Below are positions 8,711-18,838 of a DNA stretch of 64,000 nt, piece by piece. Origin of the DNA: Candidatus Oxydemutatoraceae bacterium (GTDB lineage Bacteria > Pseudomonadota > Gammaproteobacteria > Poriferisulfidales > Oxydemutatoraceae); contig CBDCOZ010000003.1 of NCBI GenBank assembly GCA_965220085.1, forward strand, positions 782,979 through 846,978, given 5' to 3'. Both the position numbers and the translations under genes were made by a program. The notes beneath the pieces are model-generated. The model was given only the letters and a program-made list of their open reading frames with translations, was not told where the DNA came from and did not search any database. Within the stretch, counting starts at the first letter, position 1; each line of letters begins with the position of its first letter.

Positions 8711-10021
8711 ATGTCCGCTCTTACGCTTCGCTCACAACCGGTCGCCGCTTTGGCGGGCGAGGCGCGGGCGCCCGGGGACAAGTCTATTTCGCATCGCGCT
8801 TTGATGCTTGCGGCGATCGCCCGGGGCGACAGCGAGATTACCGGCTTCCTTCACAGCGACGATTGCCAGGCGACTGCCGATGCATTGCGTATGTTAGGGG
8901 TCTCCATTGAATATGACGGGCGCGATCGTGTGCTCGTGCGCGGCGGCGGGCGGCGGGCGTTTGCCGCCGCCGATGCCGAGATTGACCTCGGCAATTCCGG
9001 CACGTCGATGCGTTTATTGAGCGGCTTGCTCGTCGCGCAACCTTTTGCGAGCGCGCTGACCGGGGACAGGTCTTTGAATACGCGTCCGATGCAACGGATT
9101 ACAGACCCCTTGCGGATGATGGGAGCGGATATTCAAGCGACGCCCGACGGCACGCCGCCTCTGGTGATCAAACCGTGCGCGGGCTTGCAAGGCATTTCTT
9201 ACGCGTTGCCGATGTCCAGCGCGCAGGTGAAATCCTGCCTTTTGCTGGCCGGATTGTATGCCCGCGGGCGGACTACGGTGACCGAGCCCGCGCCAAGCCG
9301 CGATCATACCGAGCGGATGCTCCGAGCGTTTTCATATCCGCTGACCTGCGATCAAGGCGGTATCAGCCTAGAAGGCGGCGGCGAGCTGAGGGCGACCCGG
9401 GTGGATGTGCCGGGCGATATTTCATCGGCGATGTTTTTTATCGTCGCAGCCTGTATCATAAAGGGTTCTAAGTTGACGGTTCGCGATGTCGGGGTCAATC
9501 CGACCCGCATCGGAGCGATAGATATTTTACGGAGCATGGGAGCGATGATAGAAATAAAACATATGCGCGAAGCAAACGGAGAGCCGCTTGCCGACATTGC
9601 GGTGGAGTCGCGTGATCTGCGCGGCGCGGAGATTGCGCCCGAACAAGTGCCGGCAGCGATCGATGAGTTCCCGATATTGTTTGTCGCCGCCGCTTGCGCG
9701 AAGGGCAAGACCTGTTTGCGCGGCGCGAAGGAGTTGCGGGTGAAAGAGAGCGATCGCATCGGCACGATGGCGGACGGGTTGCGGCGGTGCGGGGTGCGCG
9801 CCGAGACCTTTGACGAGGGCATCGTGATCGAAGGCGGGGGGCTGAGCGGCGGCGCGGTCGATGCGGCGGATGATCATCGCGTTGCGATGGCGTTCTCTGT
9901 CGCCGGCGCTGTCGCGGCGGCGCCCGTTACGATTAAAAACTGCGCCGGTATCGCGAGTTCCTTCCCGGGCTTTGCCGAATGCGCCAACGCTATCGGCATG
10001 CATATCAGCGAGGAGACGTGA
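8711..10021 (+). CDS. aroA: 3-phosphoshikimate 1-carboxyvinyltransferase (EPSP synthase)
   Basis: LAGEARAPGDKSISHRALMLAA...LGNSGTSMRLL motifs; ATG at 8711. Confidence 0.9.
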   Translation: MSALTLRSQPVAALAGEARAPGDKSISHRALMLAAIARGDSEITGFLHSDDCQATADALRMLGVSIEYDGRDRVLVRGGGRRAFAAADAEIDLGNSGTSMRLLSGLLVAQPFASALTGDRSLNTRPMQRITDPLRMMGADIQATPDGTPPLVIKPCAGLQGISYALPMSSAQVKSCLLLAGLYARGRTTVTEPAPSRDHTERMLRAFSYPLTCDQGGISLEGGGELRATRVDVPGDISSAMFFIVAACIIKGSKLTVRDVGVNPTRIGAIDILRSMGAMIEIKHMREANGEPLADIAVESRDLRGAEIAPEQVPAAIDEFPILFVAAACAKGKTCLRGAKELRVKESDRIGTMADGLRRCGVRAETFDEGIVIEGGGLSGGAVDAADDHRVAMAFSVAGAVAAAPVTIKNCAGIASSFPGFAECANAIGMHISEET

Positions 10022-10698
10022 TGGCGGCGGAAGTAATTGCGGTGGATGGCCCGGCGGGTTCCGGCAAGAGCACGATCGCTTCCGGACTCGCGCTTACTTT
10101 GAGTTTTCATCTGCTTGTCAGCGGCGCGCTATACCGCATCATAGGCGAGGCTTTTCGGAGAAAGTCTATCGATGTGCGCGACAGCGAGGCGATAACCAAT
10201 CTGGTATCCGCGATCGATATGCAGTGCATACCGATGAAAGGCAAGACGCGCATTATCTATAATGGCACCGATGTGACGAATGAGATCAGCAAAGAATCGT
10301 ATGCCGCCGACGCCTCGTATGTGGGCACTATTCCCAAGGTGCGCGAGGCGATATTGAATCTGCAGCGTTGTTATCGCGCAACACCGGGTCTTGTCGCCGA
10401 AGGACGGGATATGGGAAATGTGGTATTTCCCGAAGCCAAACTCAAGATATTTTTGACTGCCAGCATTGAGGTTCGCGCCGAACGGAGGCTCCGGCAGTTG
10501 AATAAATTGGGGGTAAATGCTAATCTTAGCGACCTTGCCCAAGGCATATCGCAACGAGATGAGCAGGATGCGGGACGCGCTATTGCTCCCCTCAAATTGA
10601 TGCCCGATGCCGCATTGGTGGACACGAGCGATTTGACAGCGAAGGAAACGGTGGAGACTTTGATCGGCATGGCAAGAGAACGCGGAATTTGTCCGTAG
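10021..10698 (+). CDS. cmk: cytidylate kinase
   Basis: P-loop IAVDGPAGSGKST; aroA-cmk-rpsA-ihfB synteny. Confidence 0.9.
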   Translation: MAAEVIAVDGPAGSGKSTIASGLALTLSFHLLVSGALYRIIGEAFRRKSIDVRDSEAITNLVSAIDMQCIPMKGKTRIIYNGTDVTNEISKESYAADASYVGTIPKVREAILNLQRCYRATPGLVAEGRDMGNVVFPEAKLKIFLTASIEVRAERRLRQLNKLGVNANLSDLAQGISQRDEQDAGRAIAPLKLMPDAALVDTSDLTAKETVETLIGMARERGICP

Positions 10699-10712
10699 CA
10701 AACAAATATATT

Positions 10713-12410
10713 ATGAGTGAAAATTTTTCTGAATTATTTGAAAGTCAAAAGGAGAGCCTGAACATCAAGCGCGGCTCCTTGATTACCGGCATGGTCGCCG
10801 CGATCACCGATTCTACGGTTGTCATCAATGCGGGCCTGAAATCGGAGGGGGTGATTCCTTCCGATGAGTTTCTCGATCAGGACAACGAACTGGAGGTCGC
10901 TGTCGGCGACACGGTCGAGGTGGTGTTGGAGGCTTTGGAAGACAGCGTCGGCACCGTGAGTATGTCCCGTATCCGCGCGCGCCAGTTGCGGGTGTGGAAG
11001 CAACTCGAAGACGCCCACAAGGATAACCTGACGATGAAAGGCATCTTTTCCGACAAGGTCAAAGGCGGGTTTACGGTGGATATAAACGGCGTGACCGCCT
11101 TTTTGCCCGGCTCCTTGACCGATATCAAACCCGTGCGCGACAACAATCTCAGTTATCTTGAGAACAAAGAGATAGAATTCAAAGTCATCAAGCTCGACCA
11201 CCAGCGCAATAATATTGTCGTATCGCGCAAGGCGGTGCTGGAAACCGAACACAACGCCGAGCGCGAGGAGGCGGTGAAAAATCTCAAGCAAGGCGCTGTC
11301 GTCAAAGGCGTCGTCAAACACCTGACCAACTATGGCGCATTCTTGGGCTTCAACGGTCTTGACGGCCTGCTGCACATAACCGACATCGCATGGAAGCGCA
11401 TCCGAGACCCTTCCGATGTGCTTGCCATCGGCGACGAAGTGGAAGTCAAAGTCCTCAATCACGACAAAGAGAAAGGCCGTATCTCGCTCGGCCTCAAGCA
11501 GATGACCGAAGACCCGTGGGAGAGGTTGGTTGAGCGTTATCCCGAGGGCACGCGCACCGTCGGCCGGGTGACGAACCTGACCGAGTACGGTTGCTTCGTT
11601 GAACTGGAAGAGAGCATAGAAGGGTTGGTGCATGTGTCCGAAATGGATTGGACAAACCGGAATATGACTCCTTCTAAGATGGTTTCTGTCGGCGACGAAG
11701 CGGAGGTGATGGTAATCGGCATCGATAAGGCCAAGCGGCGCATATCGCTCGGCTTTAAGCAATGCACCCCGAATCCTTGGGCCGAGTTCTCGCGCAAATA
11801 CCCGAAAGGGAGCAAGTTCAAAGGCGAGGTGAAATCGATCAACGATTTTGGCATTTTTGTCGGTGTGCCCGGGGGCAAGATTGACGGCTTGGTGCATACC
11901 AGCGATATCTCGGCGACCGAACCCGCGGAGCAGGCCATATTGCAATACAAAAAAGGCGATATGGTCGAGGTGACGGTCTTTTCAACGGATATTGAGAAAG
12001 AGCGAATCGCGCTGAGTATCAAAGCGCTTCAGGACGATGTGTTGCAAGATTATTTTAATAAACACGGCAAAGGCTCGGCGGTTACCGGCACAGTGATTGC
12101 GGCGGAAGAGAAGCGGGTATGGGTGCGGCTTGCCGACAAAGTAAAAGGGATGGTGCCGCCGTCTGATTTCAAAGGCGAACACGGAAAGAAAAAGGTTGCG
12201 GAAGGGGATGAGGTCGAAGCGAAGGTAATGGGCATTGACAGAAAGAACTTTGCGATCAGGCTGTCCGTGAAAGAGAGAGAAAGAGAAGAGGAAGCGCGGG
12301 CTGTCAAAGAGTATTCGGCAAAAGAAGAATCTACCGGCGCTTCGTTGGGCGACCGCATCATAGGGAGTTCTATCATGGATAAGTTGTCGGGCCTGTTTAA
12401 GAAGAAGTGA
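10713..12410 (+). CDS. rpsA: 30S ribosomal protein S1
   Basis: six S1 repeats, MSENFSELFE N-terminus, ~565 aa. Confidence 0.95.
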   Translation: MSENFSELFESQKESLNIKRGSLITGMVAAITDSTVVINAGLKSEGVIPSDEFLDQDNELEVAVGDTVEVVLEALEDSVGTVSMSRIRARQLRVWKQLEDAHKDNLTMKGIFSDKVKGGFTVDINGVTAFLPGSLTDIKPVRDNNLSYLENKEIEFKVIKLDHQRNNIVVSRKAVLETEHNAEREEAVKNLKQGAVVKGVVKHLTNYGAFLGFNGLDGLLHITDIAWKRIRDPSDVLAIGDEVEVKVLNHDKEKGRISLGLKQMTEDPWERLVERYPEGTRTVGRVTNLTEYGCFVELEESIEGLVHVSEMDWTNRNMTPSKMVSVGDEAEVMVIGIDKAKRRISLGFKQCTPNPWAEFSRKYPKGSKFKGEVKSINDFGIFVGVPGGKIDGLVHTSDISATEPAEQAILQYKKGDMVEVTVFSTDIEKERIALSIKALQDDVLQDYFNKHGKGSAVTGTVIAAEEKRVWVRLADKVKGMVPPSDFKGEHGKKKVAEGDEVEAKVMGIDRKNFAIRLSVKEREREEEARAVKEYSAKEESTGASLGDRIIGSSIMDKLSGLFKKK

Positions 12411-12429
12411 TATCGGGATATTTTTCAGT

Positions 12430-12771
12430 ATGTCAAACGATAAAAAATTTCCCGCAGTCAATTGCTCTGAGTTGATCGAGAGACTCGCCCGCAAGCAACC
12501 CCACCTCAAGCCCAAAGACATCAAGGATGCGGTCAGGCTGTCTCTTGATTGCATCAGCGAAAGTCTGGGACGAGGCGGACGGGTCGAAGTGCGTCACTTC
12601 GGCAGTTTCTCGGTGCACACGCACAAAGAGAAACTGACTCGCAATTTGAAGACGCACAAAGCGGTCGTGGTTTCGTCCCGCAAGTCGCCGCACTTTAAGC
12701 CGAGTTCATCGCTTAAAAGACGCGTCAATAGGGTGAACAGCGACCCCGGTTACTACGACGTTATTATCTGA
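12430..12771 (+). CDS. ihfB: integration host factor subunit beta
   Basis: SELIERLA...RVEVRHFGSFSVH...PHFKP matches the HU/IHF fold; follows rpsA. Confidence 0.8.
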   Translation: MSNDKKFPAVNCSELIERLARKQPHLKPKDIKDAVRLSLDCISESLGRGGRVEVRHFGSFSVHTHKEKLTRNLKTHKAVVVSSRKSPHFKPSSSLKRRVNRVNSDPGYYDVII

Positions 12772-12806
12772 CTTTCTCGGACAGCGGCGGTTTTAAGGAG
12801 ATCGTT

Positions 12807-13988
12807 ATGACTTCGTTTTTAATGGGATGGTTTTGGTTCCTCTTGCCGCTGGCCGCATTGAGCGGTTGGTACTTTGGCACGCGGGAAAACGAAAACAACA
12901 CATGGACGAAGACTCCGGAGTATATTGCCGGCCTCAACTACCTTCTCAACCAGCAGACGACCAAAGCCATCGACACCTTGATTAAATTCTTCAAGGTAAA
13001 CCTGACCACCGTGGATACGCACATCATTCTGGGCAATCTGTTCCGCGAGAAAGGGGAACTTGAAAAAGCGATAAAGATACATCACAACGTGGTATCGCGC
13101 GACAATATTAGCGGCGAAACAAGGGTGATGGCGATGCTTGAACTCGGGCGCGACTACTTCTCTTCGGGTTTGTTGGACAATGCCGAAGAGATTTTTCTGA
13201 AACTGACCCAATGCGATTCGCGCTCGGCGGTGCGCGAAGCGCATATCAGCCTGGTCACCATTTACGAGCGAGAAAAATCGTGGGAGAAGGCTATCAAATG
13301 CGCCGGTTATCTGATGAACAGCGGCGATCAGGAATATCGTCTGCGGATAACCCACTATCATTGCGAACAGGTCGACCAACTGCTGGCAAAGCATGATTAC
13401 AAGCAAGCAAAAAAGAGCGTGGCAAACCTGCACTCCGCCGGCAATGTCAGAGCCGCCATCTTGGAAGGGGACGCGGAGTTTGTCTGCGGTCATCACTCGA
13501 TTGCCATGCATCTGTATTCCAATGTGTTCACCCGCTGGCCGGCTTATGCGCAGATCGTATTGCCCAAGTTGAAGGCTTGTTTCCCCCCGCACAGCATGGG
13601 GGAGTTTGCCAATCACTTGCATAAGTTGACGCCGTCGGTGATGACCGTTTCTTATATCATGTCTTATACCCGCGCCTTGCTCGGTTCGCATAGGCCGGAA
13701 GAAGCCGAAGCGTTCGCATTGAACTTGATCAAGAGCCAGTGCGTGCCGGTCTCAATGCTCAGACTGTTTATTGAGAACAGCATCAAAAGGGAGCAATCCG
13801 ACGAGAAAGAACTGATGCCCCATTTTGTCGAGGCGCTCAGACAACACGAGGAAGCCACCGGATTCTCTTGCTCGGAATGCGGTTTTGAAACCGCCCACCT
13901 GTATTGGCAATGCCCGAGTTGCCACAGTTGGCAGACCGCTTGTTCGTTGGATATAGTGGAATCTGCCAAAGACGCCTCGCTACAATAG
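12807..13988 (+). CDS. lapB: lipopolysaccharide assembly protein B (TPR plus rubredoxin-type zinc finger)
   Basis: TPR repeats and C-terminal CSECGF...CPSCHSW; position after ihfB. Confidence 0.75.
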   Translation: MTSFLMGWFWFLLPLAALSGWYFGTRENENNTWTKTPEYIAGLNYLLNQQTTKAIDTLIKFFKVNLTTVDTHIILGNLFREKGELEKAIKIHHNVVSRDNISGETRVMAMLELGRDYFSSGLLDNAEEIFLKLTQCDSRSAVREAHISLVTIYEREKSWEKAIKCAGYLMNSGDQEYRLRITHYHCEQVDQLLAKHDYKQAKKSVANLHSAGNVRAAILEGDAEFVCGHHSIAMHLYSNVFTRWPAYAQIVLPKLKACFPPHSMGEFANHLHKLTPSVMTVSYIMSYTRALLGSHRPEEAEAFALNLIKSQCVPVSMLRLFIENSIKREQSDEKELMPHFVEALRQHEEATGFSCSECGFETAHLYWQCPSCHSWQTACSLDIVESAKDASLQ

Positions 13989-14164
13989 GCTAACGGCCTA
14001 AGCCACGGCTAAGCCTAAGCCGCTGCCCGCCCGCCGCGGCGCGCTTTGCCGCCAAATTTGCCGTTTGTCAGACGAATATGCGCTTTCGTCTCATTCGTCG
14101 CTTCGCCTTGTAAAAAGCGGTTTATGTTCTTGCTTCCTTCATTTTTTATATAGGAGAATTCTAA

Positions 14165-14499
14165 TGAAATGGTTTAAGTTTATTTCTATTATTTGTGCTG
14201 TTCTGCTAAGCGGCATGGTGTTTGCCGAAGTGAACCTCAATACGGCGAGCGAAGAGCAACTGACGGAGGGGCTGGTGAACATTGGCCCGTCCAAAGCGGC
14301 GGAGATCGTTCGCTATCGGGAAAAGTACGGCCCCTTCAAAAGCGTGGACGAACTGGTCGGCGTCAAGGGCATCGGCATAACGACCCTTGAAAGGAACCGT
14401 CACTTGCTGACTATCGAAGAAAGCAAGGCGGACGATAAGCCCGCGAAGATGGATCCCCCGTCACACGAATCCGAGAAGATGATGGGCGATGGCTCATGA
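14165..14499 (+). CDS. comEA: competence protein ComEA (helix-hairpin-helix DNA binding)
   Basis: signal peptide, then VNLNTASEEQL...GIGPSKAAEIVRYRE..GPFKSVDEL..VKGIG; the ATG at 14165 with RBS TAGGAGA is preferred over the track start at 14065. Confidence 0.75.
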
Positions 14500-14567
14500 T
14501 AAGTTGCAACAAAACAGGCAAAGAGAACTCATCTCGCTAAGGTTGATTCTTTTTGGTTGTCTCCTCT

Positions 14568-14768
14568 GGCGGCGCCGAACTTTGGCGCCGCCCTTTTTAA
14601 GCGTCTCCGGCGGCGCCGAACTTTGGCGCCGTCTTTTGGGTTGTCTCTTCTGGTGGCACCGAACTCCGGTGCCGCCTTTTTTGGTTGTCCCCTCCGATGG
14701 CACCCGAACTCCGGTGCCGCCCTTTTTAAGCGTCTCTGGTGGCACCGAACTCCGGTGCTACCTTTTTA
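14568..14768 (+). terminator. array of five tandem REP-like GC-rich hairpins, each followed by a T-run, giving multiple intrinsic terminators
   Basis: GGCGGCGCC-GAACTTT-GGCGCCGCC+CTTTTT at 14568-14597, then four more (two subtypes, GGCGGCGCC and GGTGGCACC stems) near 14608, 14652, 14696 and 14738. Confidence 0.7.
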
Positions 14769-14972
14769 GGGCCTTTCAGACTTGACTCCGCCCGGCAACA
14801 ACGGAAGTTGTTGTAAAACGGCGACATTTCATCGCTATTTTGACGATGGTCATAGCGGCGAGGGCAGCAATACCGCTGTGCCGCGATACCCCTAAACCCG
14901 CACCATAGCGCGAATTCCCGCCAGCGGAGAAGGGGAGCACCGGGGGGTGTGCGAGGGGTGAGACAGATACGC

Positions 14973-15000
14973 TTGCAAATGATCGAATGTATGGTATAGT
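14973..15000 (+). promoter_or_regulatory. sigma70-type promoter TTGCAA-16-TATAGT of the tandem paralog array
   Basis: same architecture as 3945-3973 and 51114-51141. Confidence 0.6.
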
Positions 15001-15290
15001 GCGACACTAAGCGTTATATGTACGCAAACAACTCAAGAAGTCACAAATAAAAATATCATTTGTGCCTCATTAAAAGTTGTTTGTGTACATTAAACAATCC
15101 ACAAACAATGGAGTTGTTTGTGTACATATAACGTATAATTGAATTTTCTAAACATAGGAGATACAAACATTTGCAGATGACTTGCATTTTGTGGCAGGGC
15201 ACACAGCAGTAAACAATCACAAACAACGGAGTTGTTTGTGTGCATATGCCGCACAACTGTATTCGCTAGAAACAGGAAATACGAACCATT

Positions 15291-16183
15291 ATGAATAATT
15301 ACATGAATATAAATATATCTAATACCCCCCCCCCCCCCCCCCCCCCCCCCCGCATTGGCGGACAGCACTAACTCGGCTTAGTCTCCGGTCACTTATCCTG
15401 CCGGCCCTGTCTCTGGCATTGGGCGCAACCCATGTTTGGGCCCAGACGAGCAAGAGTGTTAATGCCCCTGTTGGCGGCGGCACATATTATTTCACCGCCG
15501 CAGATTTCGGATTCTCCTCAGGTGTCATCGTGTTTGAGTCGTTGCCCGCTCGTGGCAACTTCCAGCGATACAGTAACGGAAATCCCGCGGCTATCATTCC
15601 AGGGATTATCGACGACCACCAAGCCACCCATTTCTTTGCCGACGCCTTTGGCGGTGCCGGCTCCGACGACAGGTTGGAGTACAGGACTCCTGCCGATGCT
15701 GTTTCCATCGCCACTGGCTATACCAGCTTTATCTACCAACATTCTGCTGACGGTGGTATCACCCGCACCATGTTCACCATGACCATCAACCTGGCGGGGG
15801 CATCCACGCCGACGGCCGCCAGCGGTGCGCCCACAATTGCCGCCACAGACACGCACCGGATTAGAGCTTCCATCACCGGTGTGACGGACCGCAACGGCAT
15901 TGATGTCGGCACCCTGAGTTGGCAGTGGCAACAGGCCGCCGCACCTGCCAGCGGTGTTCCTGAAACCGATGACTATGACGACATAGAGGATGCTACTTCC
16001 TCCCTCTTCGCACCGACTGCCGCCCAACTGAGCAGGTATGTGCGCACCTGCGTTTCTTTCAAGGATCAGTCTCCCACGCCCGCATCGGAAGGGCCGCTGT
16101 GTAGCGCCGGCCTTCGGGTGACAGAGTTGCCGTCTGAGATACGCTTGCGGTTGCGCCTCTTCCTGGAGGGCCCCCTGCGATGA
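15291..16183 (+). CDS. family member C1 (first gene of the five-gene array); poly-C currently out of frame
   Basis: track ORF 15419-16183 plus the upstream frame open from 15323; ends ELPSEIRLRLRLFLEGPLR. Confidence 0.7.
15325..15351 (+). repeat. poly-C tract (27 C) between the mini-ORF (ATG 15291) and the signal peptide of array gene 1
   Basis: the ATG frame hits a stop at 15369 with 27 C; 26 or 29 C would fuse it to PHWRTALTRLSLRSLILPAL. Confidence 0.85.
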
Positions 16184-17064
16184 TGCGAGTACTCCGCCCC
16201 TTCCCGCATTGGCGGACAGCACTAACTCGGCTTAGTCTCCGGTCACTTATCCTGCCGGCGCTGTGTCTGGCATTGGGCGCAACTTATGTTTGGGCCCAGG
16301 CGACAGATCAGAGCATTGATGTCCCGATAGGCGGCAACGCCTATACCATCACGGCTGCCGACTTTGGCTTTGATGATATCACTGCCGGAAGCGCCCTTAC
16401 GATCATGACGGTCGGGTCTTTGCCTGCTCTCGGCAACTTACAGCGATACACAGGTGGGAATCCTGCGAATCTGCGTTTGGCTTCTGACCCAAATGCAAGT
16501 ACTTTCTTTGAAACAGGTCTTGGCGGTCTTGACGGCGCCGGCTCCGACGACAGGTTGGATTATACGCCTCCTGCCGATGCTGTTTCCGTTGCCGCCGGCT
16601 ATGCCAGCTTTGCCTTTCATATTTCCACCGATGCTATTACCGATACGATGGCCACCATGACCATCAACCTGGTGGGGGCATCCACGCCGACGACCGCCAC
16701 CGGTGCGCCCACAATCTTCGCCACGGACACGCACCAAATCAGAGCTTCCATCACCGGTGTGACGGACCTCAACGGCATTGATGTCGGCACCCTGAGTTGG
16801 CAGTGGCAACAGGCCGATGCCCCCGTCAGTGGCGTTCCCGAAACCGGTGATTACATCGACATAAAGGATGCTACTTCTTCCTCCCTCTTCGCACCGACTG
16901 CCGCCCAACTGAGCAGGTATGTGCGCACCTGCGTTTCTTTCAAGGATCAGTCTCCCACGCCCGCATCGGAAGGGCCGCTGTGTAGCATCGGCATTCTGGT
17001 GACAGAGTTGCCGTCTGAGATACGCCTGCGGTTGCGCCTCTTCCTGGAGGGCCCCCTGCGATGA
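16180..17064 (+). CDS. family member C2 (own signal peptide MMRVLRPFPHWRTALTRLSLRSLILPALCLALGATYVWAQA)
   Basis: ATGA start/stop overlap with C1; GGAGGG in the conserved terminal codons acts as its SD; conserved C-terminal half. Confidence 0.8.
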   Translation: MMRVLRPFPHWRTALTRLSLRSLILPALCLALGATYVWAQATDQSIDVPIGGNAYTITAADFGFDDITAGSALTIMTVGSLPALGNLQRYTGGNPANLRLASDPNASTFFETGLGGLDGAGSDDRLDYTPPADAVSVAAGYASFAFHISTDAITDTMATMTINLVGASTPTTATGAPTIFATDTHQIRASITGVTDLNGIDVGTLSWQWQQADAPVSGVPETGDYIDIKDATSSSLFAPTAAQLSRYVRTCVSFKDQSPTPASEGPLCSIGILVTELPSEIRLRLRLFLEGPLR

Positions 17065-17960
17065 TGCGAGTATTCTGCCCCTTCCCGCATTGGTGGGCGA
17101 TACTAACTCGGCTTAGTCTCCGGTCACTTATCCTGCCGGCGCTGTGTCTGGCATTGGGCGCAACTTATGTTTGGGCCCAGGCGACAGATCAGAGCATTGA
17201 TGTCCCGATAGGCGGCAGCGCCTATACAATCACGGCTGCCGACTTTGGCTTTGATGATATTATCAATACTGGAGCCTCCGATACGATTATGACGGTCGGG
17301 TCTTTGCCTGCTCTCGGCAACTTACGGCGATACACCCGTGGGCGGGTTGTAACTTTACGTGTGGGGAGCCTGACAGATGGCGACACGAGTGTAAGTGCTT
17401 TCTTTGAGACAGGCTTTAACGGTCTTGATGGCGCCGGCTCCGACAACAGGTTGGATTATACGCCTCCTGCCGATGCCGTTTCCGTTGCCGCCGGCTATGC
17501 CAGCTTTGCCTTTTATATTTCCACTGATGGCAGTACCGATACGATGGCCACCATGACCATCAACCTGGTGGGAGCATCCATGCCGACGACCGCCACCGGC
17601 GCGCCCGAAATCGCCGCCACAGACACGCACCGAATCAGAGCTTCCATCACCGGTGTGACGGACCTCAACGGCATTGATGTCGGCACCCTGAGTTGGCAGT
17701 GGCAACAGGCCGATGCGCCCGTCAGCGGTGTTCCCGACACCGGTGATTACATCGACATAAAGGATGCTACTTCTTCCTCCCTCTTCGCACCGACTGCCGC
17801 CCAACTGAGCAGGTATGTGCGCGCCTGCGTTTCTTTCAAGGATCAGTCTCCCACGCCCGCATCGGAAGGGCCGCTGTGTAGCATCGGCATTCTGGTGACA
17901 GAGTTGCCGTCTGAGATACGCCTGCGGTTGCGCCTCTTCCTGGAGGGCCCCCTGCGATGA
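17061..17960 (+). CDS. family member C3
   Basis: same as C2; variable N-terminal half, near-identical C-terminal half. Confidence 0.8.
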   Translation: MMRVFCPFPHWWAILTRLSLRSLILPALCLALGATYVWAQATDQSIDVPIGGSAYTITAADFGFDDIINTGASDTIMTVGSLPALGNLRRYTRGRVVTLRVGSLTDGDTSVSAFFETGFNGLDGAGSDNRLDYTPPADAVSVAAGYASFAFYISTDGSTDTMATMTINLVGASMPTTATGAPEIAATDTHRIRASITGVTDLNGIDVGTLSWQWQQADAPVSGVPDTGDYIDIKDATSSSLFAPTAAQLSRYVRACVSFKDQSPTPASEGPLCSIGILVTELPSEIRLRLRLFLEGPLR

Positions 17961-18838
17961 TGCGAGTATTCCGCCCCTTCCCGCATTGGTGGGCGATACT
18001 AACCCGGCTTAGTCTCCGGTCACTTATTCTGCCGGCGCTGTGTCTGGCATTGGGCGTAACCTGGGCGCAGGCTCAAACTGCCCAGGACCGCAGTGTTGAT
18101 ATCCCCATAGACAGCGATGGTCATCCGTTGCGACTTGCCGATTTCGGGCCTACCTCATCTGCCTCAGGTATAGTTATAATCAAGATCAAGTCGCTACCCG
18201 CTCGTGGCAGCTTACAGCGATACAGTAGTGGAATTCCTGTGCTGCTCGTTGTTGGGGATTTTATCCACGGCAACACAAGCTTTTTCACTTTCTCAACCCT
18301 TGGCGGTGCCGACGCCGATGACAGGTTGGAGTACAGGCCTCCCGCCAATGCTGGTTCCCCCGCCACTGGCTACGACAGCTTTGTCTTCCATTATTCTGTT
18401 GACAGTGGTTTCACGGCCACCACGGCCACCATGACCATCAACCTGGTGGGGGCATCCATGCCGACGACCGCCACCGGCGCACCCACAATCGCCGCCACAG
18501 ACACGCACCGAATCAGAGCTTCCATCACCGGTGTGACGGACCTCAACGGCATTGATGTCGGCACCCTGAGTTGGCAGTGGCAACAGGCCGATGCCCCCGT
18601 CAGCGGTGTTCCCGACACCGGTGATTACATCGACATAAAGGATGCTACTTCTTCCTCCCTCTTCGCACCGACTGCCGCCCAACTGAGCAGGTATGTGCGC
18701 GCCTGCGTTTCTTTCAAGGATCAGTCTCCCACGCCCGCATCGGAAGGGCCGCTGTGTAGCATCGGCATTCTGGTGACAGAGTTGCCGTCTGAGATACGCC
18801 TGCGGTTGCGCCTCTTCCTGGAGGGCCCCCTGCGATGA
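17957..18838 (+). CDS. family member C4
   Basis: same as C2. Confidence 0.8.
   Translation: MMRVFRPFPHWWAILTRLSLRSLILPALCLALGVTWAQAQTAQDRSVDIPIDSDGHPLRLADFGPTSSASGIVIIKIKSLPARGSLQRYSSGIPVLLVVGDFIHGNTSFFTFSTLGGADADDRLEYRPPANAGSPATGYDSFVFHYSVDSGFTATTATMTINLVGASMPTTATGAPTIAATDTHRIRASITGVTDLNGIDVGTLSWQWQQADAPVSGVPDTGDYIDIKDATSSSLFAPTAAQLSRYVRACVSFKDQSPTPASEGPLCSIGILVTELPSEIRLRLRLFLEGPLR

Noticed and set aside
10734-11945. 403-aa minus-strand ORF inside rpsA; similar cases at 43920-45305 (clpB), 56567-57595 (DUF692), 46690-47547 (hyuB), 48628-49608 (nnr/tsaE), 25429-27201 (RND) and 21385-22125 (dxs)
   Set aside because: All lie antisense to well-supported conserved genes and have no recognisable motifs.
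14489-14785. ORFs 14489-14785 (+) and 14494-14745 (-) with repeated GGTGVR / SGAALFKRL peptides
   Set aside because: Translation of the REP/terminator hairpin array. The periodic peptides reflect the DNA repeats, not a coding sequence.
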